NCBI GenBank assembly: GCA_951406725.2 | Contig: OX597833.1 | Span: 15,500,001 to 15,564,000 of the forward strand | DNA length: 64,000 nucleotides | Direction: 5' to 3' | Source of the DNA: Octopus vulgaris | Lineage: Eukaryota | In this document: in pieces, positions 53,546 to 64,000 of the stretch | Numbering within the stretch: the first letter of the stretch is position 1 | How the letters are laid out: each line of letters opens with the position of its first letter | Position numbers and translations under genes: made by a program | Notes under the pieces: generated by a model | What the model saw: only the letters and a program-made list of their open reading frames with translations | The model's database searches: none | Told to the model about the DNA's origin: nothing

Positions 53546-54110
53546 TTGGGTTGTGCGGAAAGTTCGTGCCGATTTTTAAAGGAAAGAAAAAGATCAATAA
53601 ATCCTTGCCATAACATTTTTAATCAACCAAATATGAACCATTTTGTTATACAATGCGTCTCAATCTTTCCTTTAAACTGAAAATACCCTCTTCCCAGAAT
53701 TGAGGTGGTTTCATGGCAAGGAATTCATCAAGGTATCTTTTTACGTCATCCAAGGAATTGAAATTTTTACCATTAAGACTATTCTGTAAAGACTTGAATA
53801 AGTGGGAATCCGAAGGAGCAATATCTGGTGAATATGGAGGGTGGGGTAACACGTCCCAGCCGAGCTGCAGCAATTTTTGTCTGATTCCCAGGGCATCAAG
53901 TGCCGAAAATGAACTTTCTTATCTTCCATTTTAAAGGGTTACAGAATTAACACATGTTATAGGAACATAAACCTTCTTCCACGAAGAGATAGCATAAAGT
54001 GTGCTCTAAATGGAGGTGTATCAAATCCTATTTTACGGACTCAAAGATGATCTAAAATAAGTCGAAAGGTAAGCGACTATAAATCGGCACGAACTTTCCG
54101 GACAATCGCA
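53546..54110 (-). mobile_element. Internally deleted mariner with both TIRs and TA TSD
   Basis: ~30-bp TIRs (cggaaagttcgtgccgattt / aaatcggcacgaactttccg), TA on both sides; MEDKKVHFRHLM joined to WDVLPHPPYSPDIAPSD...FWEEGI. Confidence 0.92.
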
Positions 54111-54544
54111 TATATGTATATGTTGTTGCAGCTGCAGTAGTTTTGCATCAATGAGACAAGGAATGACGTCATCAAGTCTGAAGTTATTTTGGGGGACGGA
54201 ATTGTTTTTCCCGAATCTATTTCTTGTGGTCCAACAAAAGTAAATAAAATTGATTCATGTGAAATCTATTACTGAAACCTTTGTATAACATTGCTAATGA
54301 AATTTAATTTCCAATAATGGCTGATTAGTTAATTATATCAATAAAAGAGCTGAAAGTAGAATAATTAGATTAGATGATATAATACCTCGTACTTGTCAGT
54401 TAAATTAATTTACATTCTGAGTTTAATCACCGAATCAAGTCGTTTACCCAGTCAACCTGATCTCCAGAAAATAATTTCTAGGATTGATTTTCTGAAAGGA
54501 ATGTACGTTATCAGATCAACAGTATATATATATATATATATATA

Positions 54545-54702
54545 CATTTGACGGATATTTGTCTTCATCTTGTTTGTTGTTAACACAACGTTTCGGCTGA
54601 TATACTCTCCATCCGTCATCAGGTGACTTGGAGAAATTTCGAACTAGGGTCCTCATTCCTAAGGTATTTTTTGATCTTCTTATTATTATTATTTATGTCA
54701 CA
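54545..54702 (-). mobile_element. 5'-truncated copy of the tRNA-HHR element (family H7); HHR at 54584-54625
   Basis: Reverse complement of ~55501-55665; core CTGATGA...GAAAC-GTT intact, one stem II mismatch; 3' end abuts (TA)n. Confidence 0.8.
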
Positions 54703-54869
54703 GTGAATAGCTTTCAGGTTTTCCGTTAGCAAAATGGAAAACGGAATATATTTCTAATACAGATCGTTTGCGAATTACTATATCTTTTGTCACACTTATA
54801 GTAAGATGTCATAATATCGTCATTTGTCTTGTACTCTAGTGATTTCCACCCAAGATGCAGTCCTGCATA

Positions 54870-55261
54870 TCTTTATATATAAAACTGTAGTTGTGTGAGT
54901 GTCTGTCCCCTTCGATTTAGATTCCTAACTACTCCCACATTTTGCGGTGCAGTTTAACCAAAACCGGATATCTTATAGTCGTGATTCATATCGAGCCCTT
55001 CTGGGTATTAGCGCGTGTCTACGATGATTCTACGATTTTAAAGATAATTTACCATCATTTTTTCCATTTTCATGCATATTTTTTTAAAGGGAAGTAACTC
55101 TCTAAAAATGTCTACGATGAGTCAACGATTTAAAAAAAAATTTACCATCATATTTTTTCCATTTTTAATGCATTTTTTGCTATTTTTTGGCTATAACTCT
55201 CTACAAATGCTGTATAGTTATTTCCCTTACAAACCCGAGCAACGCCGGGCGATACTGCTAG
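54870..55261 (+). mobile_element. Non-autonomous Helitron-like element
   Basis: A|TC...hairpin...CTAG|T; both ends shared with 51051-51563. Confidence 0.8.
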
Positions 55262-55412
55262 TTTAGTTATACAATGCCTTCAATTTTTTCTGAGATATGA
55301 ATAAGTAGCGGAATTTATCATTTAAAGTTTCTAATGGGCAGAACATGAACAAACACGAATCATACTATGTGTTTGCTTGATTTGCTAAATGCACAGTTAA
55401 ATCGACACCTTA

Positions 55413-55707
55413 TATACATTATTTACATTTGACGGACGTGTGGCATTGTGGTTAAGAGCGCGGGCTACTAACCCCAAGATTCCGAGGTCGATTCCAGACA
55501 GTGACATAAATAATAATAATAAGAAGAAGAAGATCAAAAAATACCTTAGGAATGAGGACCCTGGTTCGAAATTTCCCCAAGTCACCTGATGACGGCTGGA
55601 GGGTATATCAGCCGAAACGTTGTGTTAACAACAAATAAGATGAGGACAAATATCCGTAAAATGTAAATAATGTACATAATTCCTCATCTCTTAAATATAG
55701 GACTGTA
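55413..55707 (+). mobile_element. tRNA-headed short element with hammerhead-containing tail (family H7)
   Basis: A box tggcattgtgg 55441, anticodon-like loop ggg-CTACTAA-ccc, B-box-like ggtcgattcc 55486, (aat/aag)n linker, HHR at 55583-55624, 5' inverted copy of its own 3' end. Confidence 0.75.
55583..55624 (+). ncRNA. Minimal type I hammerhead ribozyme motif, core intact (family H7)
   Basis: cac-CTGATGA-c-GGCTG gagggtatat CAGCC-GAAAC-GTT-gtg; loopless palindromic stem III (AACGTT) suggests dimeric folding. Confidence 0.8.
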
Positions 55708-56170
55708 AATCACCACCGTATCCAACTCAAACATTTTTTGTAACATAAGGTATAAAATAAATCAGTTATACAATAGTGGGATGAAATGTGTGATGCTCAC
55801 AATTGGAGCGCTTTCGTATTATATAAGAAATATCATAGACGTAGATCTAAAGAACAAACTTTGGAGCTTCTAGGCATACTTCTTTGCAAATATGTATAAC
55901 TCCTTAGCATATAGGACAGCAATAGACACTAGCAATTTCAAGAAGGCCTATAGAGACATCGCAGACGATGTATCACATAATGAGAGTGTAGAGAGAAATA
56001 GGCGGGAGCTGGGAGAGAGGGAACGATGAGTGCAAAGAAAGAAGAATCTTCCATTATCATCAAAGATAGATGATAGCTGACGACTAGAAAAGACGTTAAT
56101 TTAAATCCCAGAAGCGTGGTTCTAATTTTTATTATTTTAATTCCTCAATAAAGTATATGTATGAATGTAT

Positions 56171-56216
<46 letters not shown>

Positions 56217-56286
56217 CATATATATATATATATGTATGTATATACATATATGTATATATGCATATACTTATATATATGTATATATC

Positions 56287-57075
56287 TCTATATATATAAA
56301 CGGCAGTTTGTCTGTCTGTGTGACGGTGTGTCTGTCAGGTTGTACCCTCACCCTGAATACGGCTTTCAACTGATTCTAATGAAACTTGACACACACATAG
56401 CCCAATGTCATAATTCAAAACTAACGCAGGGAAAATTTTGAAAAGTTCCCCCAGTTCTGAAAAAAATCGATCAATTCGACATGGGGTCGAGAATCTTAAG
56501 CTTTTTATATGCAACACATGTTCTGTTGTAGTTTTCGCAACTTGCAATCGATTTTCACCAAACTCATGGTGAAGCTTAATGCTACCCTAAGAAACTTAAT
56601 TCTGGCATTAGTTTTCCATGCAATACCTTACCATCAGAAAAAATCGATAAAATCATGCCATTTTGGGAAATTGCGTTCAAATTCAAGATGACATATTTTC
56701 GACAATATCTTTCACAAATTGGCAGCAATTTTTTTTTTAAATTCACAGCGAGCATCATGTCTGGTCCAAGGAGCTATATGGCCCTTTTTATTCCAATATG
56801 ATACTTTCTTACTGGAAAAAATCGGTTAATTAAATCATATGTGGCACACATAGCAAACCGATTTGTGTATTAAACACAAACCACAGACTGTCTAGGGAAC
56901 GCAATTGTTTGGGTTGAATTATCGATAGCTGTTTGATAGTTATTTGGGAGTGAAGAGAAGACATTCCAACCTACACATGCGCCTTCGTTCCCTAGAGGGA
57001 AAGGACTAGATTGGGATTAGTCGTTGCCTACTAGGGGCTCTTACATACCCGGGCAACGCTGGGCTATGCTGCTAG
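56287..57075 (+). mobile_element. Non-autonomous Helitron-like element, long form of 39100-39466
   Basis: TC start, shared 5' ~200 bp, hairpin cccgggcaacgctggg, CTAG|T end. Confidence 0.75.
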
Positions 57076-57355
57076 TGTATGTATATTTTGTATATGCATA
57101 TGTGCATATGTCTAAATGATGCGATCAAGCATGGAGCATTTCCTTATGTGGTTACGGATGGTTGGATTTTGTGTGTGTGTATACATATATGTGGGGGGGG
57201 GGGCGTATATGTGTATATATAGCGGGGGGAGCGTGTGCAGGCTTTCATATTACATGCAGCTTACGTCAGTTGTTCATGTATACAAAGTTGCAATTATACA
57301 CACACATGTATGTATGCATGGAAAAATGTGTGTGTGTGAGTATAATATATATGTA

Positions 57356-57436
<81 letters not shown>

Positions 57437-57554
57437 TCTAATATTCATACGCATCTTTGAATATATGAATATATATCTATATACACACACACGCATATAT
57501 ATATATATCTCCATATCTCTCTCTCATATATATATATATATGTGTGTGTGTGTT

Positions 57555-57599
<45 letters not shown>

Positions 57600-57823
57600 A
57601 AATGTGACCTCGGGTGTACCGTTGGCCATTTTTTCCCTCTGTCTTCACTTCTCTGGATCTTTGCTTCTCCTATGTTTCCGACGAAGATCTCCGCTCGAAA
57701 TGTTAAACCCTCCTTCTTTCCTTCTTTCCTAAGCGTCCAATAATACTATATTTGCTCCACGTCCTTGCGTTGTTGTGCTTTCCTGTTTGATTAACTATTT
57801 TTTTTTTTGCTTTCCTATTTGGA

Positions 57824-57828
<5 letters not shown>
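57600..57828 (+). mobile_element. PLE-like terminal repeat (family H3) within (TA)n; degenerate HHR at 57674-57708
   Basis: gttt-CCGACGA-a-gatc tcc gctc-GAAAT-GTT-aaac; similar to 35260-35450. Confidence 0.6.
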
Positions 57829-57886
<58 letters not shown>

Positions 57887-58074
57887 TTACAGATATAGGG
57901 TGAAATATAATTACTTTAATAAAATCAACAAATTTCACCCAGTAGTATTTCGTTATGGAAAAAGACCATATTCGGTGAAAAACTTATATAATTATAATAA
58001 TAAGGGTTTTTGCAACAAGTTGCTTGACCACATACCGAACATTTTAGAAATAGCAGCCAAAGGACTACTATAAG

Positions 58075-61000
58075 TTTGCCTTTTTATTGTCTTCAAAAGT
58101 TTGCGTTTGGATATTATTTTTATGTAAAAGTTGTGCAACAACTAATAAATACAAAATACATTCGGTTGTGCAAATTCTTTGCACGGGAAACCTGCCTTTG
58201 TGTGGCGTGTTTCCCCATTTTGTAAATTCGTCTTCGGCTTTCCTAGCCATGTTCTGCTTTGAGCATGGCGACTTCAAAGCCATGAAGTCGTTGTCTCCTT
58301 GACAACGCTTACGACGTTGATTTCTCTACCCTCCCCTTCCCCACTGCTTCACAAGGGAGGGAAAGAAGGGGAGGAGCGAGACAGGTGCAGGTGCAAGCAT
58401 GGACGCCGACACACGAAGTATTGGAAGAACCCAGACGACAACTTACAGTCAACGACTACTACGGACAACTCTGCCACGACCACCACGACCACCACGACCA
58501 CCACCATCACCACCACCACCACCACCATCACCACCACCATCACCACCACCATCACCAACATCATCACCACCACCATCGCCGTCACCATCACCACCACAAT
58601 CGCCGCCACAAACATCACCACCACCATCACCACCACCATCGCCGCAACCATCACCACGACCATCGCCGCCACCACCACCACCACAACCATCACCACCACC
58701 ATCGCCGCCACAATCACCACCACCATCGCCACCACCATCACCACCACCGCCGCCGCCAACACCACCACCACCAACACCATCACCACCACCATCGCCGCCA
58801 CCATTACCACCACCACCATCGCCGCCACCATAACCACCACCACCATCACCACCACCACCACCAACTCCACCACAACCACCATCATCACCACCGCCACCAC
58901 TACCACCATCATCATCACCACCACCACCATCATCACCATCACCACCATCGCCGCCACCATCACCACCACCATCGCCGCCACCACCATCACCACCACCATC
59001 GCCTCCTCCATCACCACCACCATCGCCACCACCACCACTACCACCACCATCACCACCACCATCGCCGCCACCACCATCACCACCACCACCACCACCACCA
59101 CCACCATCGCCGCAACCATCACCACCACCATCGCCGCCGCCCACCACCACCACCACCACCACCACCACCATCGCCGCCACCACCACGACCACCACCATCA
59201 CCACGACCACCACCATCACCACCACCAACTCCACCACCACCACCATCACCAACTCTGCCACCACCATCATCACCACCTCCACCACCACCAACATCATCAT
59301 CACCACCAATACCATCACCACCACCAGCATCACCACCACTACCACCACCGCCGCCACTACCACCACCACAACCAACACCACCAATTTTCCGTGTGTCGGC
59401 GTCCAGGCTCACACATGCACCTGTGAAGCGTTGTCAAGGAGACCACCGTTCTTCTCAAAACCATTTTAAACTTCGTATACTTGTAGAATGTGTCAAAATA
59501 AAACTTTTTTTTCTCTTGGCTTTATTCAGAAAATTCTAGAGTTTGTAAGATATTTGCTGTGTTTTCTTCTGCAATTTCAACTAATCAATAGCGTCTATTG
59601 TGCAACAACTAATAAATACATTCTTTGCACAGGAAACCTGCCTTTGTGTGGCGTGTTTCCCCATTTTGTAAATTCGTCTTCGGCTTTCCTAGCCATGTTC
59701 TGCTTTGAGCATGGCGACTTCAAACTCTGCCACGACCACCACCACCACCACCACCACCACCATCACCACCACCATCGCCGCCACCATCACCACCACCATC
59801 GCCGCCACCACCATCACCACCACCATCACCACCACCATCGCCGCCACCATCACCACCACCATCGCCGCCACCATCACCACCACCATCGCCGCCACCATCA
59901 CCACCACCCATCACCACCATCACCACCACCATAGCCGCCACCATCACCACCACCATCGCCGCCACCACCATCACAACCACCACCACCATCGCCACCACCA
60001 CCACCAACTCCACCACCACTACCATCACCAACACCACCATCATCACCACCGCCACCACCACCAACATCATCATCATTACCACCATCACCACCACGATCGC
60101 CGCCACCATCGCCGCCACCACCATCACCACCACCATCGCCTCCACCATCACCACCACCATCGCCGCCACCACCACCACCACCACCATCACCACCACAATC
60201 ACCACCACCATCGCCGCCACCAACACCACCACCACCACCATCGCCGCCACCACCACCACCACCACCATCACCACCACTATCGCCGCCACCACCATCGCCG
60301 CCACCACTACCACCACCACCACCACCATCGACGCCACCACCACCACCACCATCGCCGCCACCATCACCACCACCATCGCCACCACCACCACCACCATCAC
60401 CACCACCACCACCATCGCCGCCACCACCATCACCATCTCCACCACCACCACCATCACCAATTCCGCCACCACCACCACCATCATCACCACCACCACCACC
60501 ACCATCACCACCACCATCGCCGCCACCATCACCACCACCATCGCCACCGCCACCACCACCACTACCACCACCACCACCATCGCCGTCACCACCACCATCA
60601 ACATTACCACCACCACCATCATCACCACCACCACTGCCGCCGCCACCACCACCACCTCCACCACCACCACTACCACAACCAACACCACCAATTTTCCGTG
60701 TGTCGGCGTCCAGGCTCACACATGCACCTGTGAAGCGTTGTCAAGGAGACCACCGTTCTTCTCAAAAACATTTTTAACTTCGTATACTTGTAGAATGTGT
60801 CAAAATAAAACATTTTTTTCTCTTGGCTTTATTCAGAAAATTTTAGAGTTTGTAATATATTTGCTGTGTTTTCTTCTGCAATTTCAACTAATCAATGACG
60901 TCTATTGTGCAACAACTAATAAATACATTCGGTTGCGCAAATTCTTTGCATGGGAAACCTGCCTTTGTGTGGCGTATTTCCCCATTTTGTAAATTCGTCT

Positions 61001-61650
61001 TCGGCTTTCCTAGCCATTTTCTGCTTTGAGCATGGCGACTTCAAAGCCATGAAGTCGTTCTTCGAGAAAAACGGTGGTCTCCTTGACAACGCTTACGACG
61101 TTGTATTCCCTCCCCTCCCCTTCCCCACTGCTTCACGAGTGAGGGAAAGAAGGGCAGGATCGAGACCGGTGCACGTGCCAGCATGGATGCCGACACACGA
61201 AGAATTGGAAGAACCCAGACGACAACTTCACAGTCAACGACTACTACGGACAACTCTGCCACGACCACCACCAACTATGGCGAAAGAATGTTTCTGGTGG
61301 ACGCATCTGAAAGGATTGGAGACAAACACTTTCCTCTCTGGTCAACCTCTCATCATCTTCTTCAAGTATCACTTGAAGAGGAAAGTGAGAGTAAAGAGGC
61401 AAGTTTTGTCTAGCGAATCTTTTAAAAAAAAGATGGGTGAATGTAGCAAGGATGGCACGTATGAATGACGAAGCCACCTTGAGCATGATCCTATGAACGA
61501 AAAAAAGAAAGGAAAAAGAGAGACATTTACTGTAATGTGCTTTTTGTATGACATTCTTGCCCAAGGTTACCGTGGTGTTTCCGTAGGCTTTTCTTTTCAC
61601 GGATAAACCTAATCTGTTTTCCCTTTTTACATTGACATTTCTGTGAATTT
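58075..61650. repeat. Composite ~1.3-kb-period tandem repeat with two (CAC/CAT/CGC)n arrays (58472-59383, 59729-60690)
   Basis: 59385-59725 is repeated at 60692-61045; 58130-58490 is repeated at ~60905-61275. Confidence 0.88.
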
Positions 61651-61789
61651 GGTTGGGTTCCGTCTACCAAATCCACTCACAAGGCTTTGGTCGGCCTGAG
61701 GCTATAGTAGAGGATACTATACGCCGTGGTACTGAACCCGGAACCTTGTGGTTGGTAAGCAAGCTACTTACCACACAGCCACTCCTGCA

Positions 61790-61983
<194 letters not shown>

Positions 61984-61989
61984 ATATAT

Positions 61990-62369
61990 ATATAACGCTG
62001 AAGTTGTCTGTGTATGGCAGGTTTGGTAGCCTTCAACTAACACTATCTCCTCTGAGACTCTGCCAGTGCAAGTTGACCAAAATTGAGAGTATAATAAAGA
62101 AGGTTTGCTCTTCATTCCGTAGAAGAAAAAATTCAAATCGGACCATGTTAACACCAAAAATTATTTAAATAAAAAAGGTGCTTATTTTTCTATGAAAATC
62201 CCTATTTTTTACGATTTTTTGACAGCTGTGACGCCATTTTTCAACCAGAAGCTGTGAAATGTTCACTTAAAGAGAATAACAAGCTACATAATGCAAAACT
62301 TTTTACTTTTCAAAAATTCCAATTCTAAAGGGTCGAAACAAACCCGAGCAACGCCGGGCGATACTGCTA

Positions 62370-62370
<1 letters not shown>
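61990..62370 (+). mobile_element. Non-autonomous Helitron-like element within (TA)n
   Basis: Same 3' end cccgagcaacgccgggcgatactgCTAG|T. Confidence 0.75.
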
Positions 62371-62414
<44 letters not shown>

Positions 62415-63187
62415 AATATACATATATATATGTATATATATATATATATATATGTATATACTTATATATATATACACATATATATATATACATATACATA
62501 TATATATGTATATATATATATGTATATACTTATATATATATACACATATATATATATACATATACATATATATATGTATATATATACATATATATATATG
62601 TATATATATACATACCTACATACACATATATATATACATATACATATATATGTATATATATACATACCTACATACACATATATGTATACGTATACATATA
62701 TATATATATATATATATGTATATACATACCTACATACACATATATGTATACATATATATATATATATATATATACATATATACATACATACATACATGCA
62801 CACATATATATGAGAATAATCAAAATAGAAGTGGCATAATTGAATACGTGTTGATTAAATACCGTAATTGATTGAGTACAATAAGAAACGTATTTTTTTT
62901 ATTGTTTGTTATAAATGTAAGAGTGCCAATTAAAATGTGTTGTTTTTATTATCATTGGAAAAAGTAGCAATTAACATGTCCCTGTATTTAGCTTTGCCGA
63001 GTGAAGTTGCGAATTGAAATTTCGCCAAAGCCGCATATACGTCAATCACTATGAGATCGATAAAATTAATACTACTAAAGAATAGGTTCGATATAACAGG
63101 TTCTTCTTTCTAAATTCCTGCCTATGTATCTATGCCATGTATCAAATGCTAAATCATTGGAATTGTTTGTTAAGGAATATTGGAAAA

Positions 63188-63617
63188 TTAGCAGTGTAGC
63201 TCGGCGTTACTGGGGTTTGTCTTTAGTTGCGCTTAAAACGGTAGACTTTGATGTCGTGTTAACAGAGTTTTGTCATAGATTCAATCTTTTTTGAAAAGTA
63301 AAAGTTTTGCATTATGTAGCGTGTTATTCTCTTTAAGTGAACATTTTTCTGGTTGAAATACACCGAAAAATGGCGACACAGTAGTCAAAAAATAGTGATT
63401 TTCATAGAAAAAAAAAGCACATTTTTGATGTAAATAATTTTTAGTGTTAACATGGTCCGATTTGAATTTTATCTTCTACGGAATGAAGAGCAAGCCTTCT
63501 TCTATCATACTCTCAATTTTGGTCAACTTGCGCCGCAGGGCCTCGGAGGAGATAGTGTTAGTTGAAGGCTACCAAACCTGCTACACACACAGACAACTTC
63601 AGCTTTATATGTATAGA
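63188..63617 (-). mobile_element. Inverted sibling of 61990-62370
   Basis: Reverse-complement match (gttgaaggctaccaaacctg, catggtccgatttgaattt); degenerate 3' hairpin and CTAA end. Confidence 0.75.
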
Positions 63618-64000
63618 TAAGCACTATCATATACAATACATATTAAATTTAGTTCCTTATCGAGTAAAATCGAAGTTTATTATTTTACTGCCAAAAAATA
63701 TGAAGACATTGCCTGTGACAAATTTTAACAATATTAGCCTATAGCAATAAACATGATTATAATACCATTCGATTTGGTTAAAATTATTTTCCGCCCCCGA
63801 CACAAAATTGTTTTCATCATTTTTGTTAAATTCGACGGACATACTATATAATATGAATTATTTCTTTATTTTCTGATAAAACTATACACGCGATTTACCG
63901 ATAAATTGCTGAATTGTACACTTAAATCGCTAATAATCCCATTATATCCTCTAAATGCTTGTATTGTTTGTATTGAAAAGGATTCGATAAAACCAACAAT

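Noticed and set aside
58299-60733. Mucin-like Thr-rich, His-rich or Gly-rich protein genes
   Set aside because: The CAC-type repeat is open in most frames, the register slips between Thr, His and Pro, and it lies inside a duplicated repeat with no signal peptide or splice support.

Overview
Repeat-dense, AT-rich eukaryotic intergenic or intronic DNA. The repeat content (three abundant tRNA-derived SINE families, long TA/CA/AAT microsatellites) points to a coleoid cephalopod, probably Octopus; this is inference from memory, not a database result. No complete protein gene is visible and nearly all supplied ORFs are microsatellite or SINE artefacts. One good candidate coding exon lies at 5351-5500 (+) and a weaker one at 41415-41564 (-). 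Decayed autonomous elements include a Ty3/Gypsy gag-protease, two R4/Dong-type LINE ends, RTE and CR1-type LINE fragments and two mariner relics; six non-autonomous Helitron-like elements are also present. The most interesting signal is about 12 minimal type I hammerhead ribozyme (HHR) motifs from about 7 sequence families, many in inverted or tandem repeats of the kind left by Penelope-like elements (PLEs). One family joins a tRNA-like Pol III head to an HHR tail (a candidate ribozyme-bearing SINE). Another family keeps hammerhead topology but has a non-canonical core. All structures were read by eye and element boundaries are approximate to within some tens of bases.
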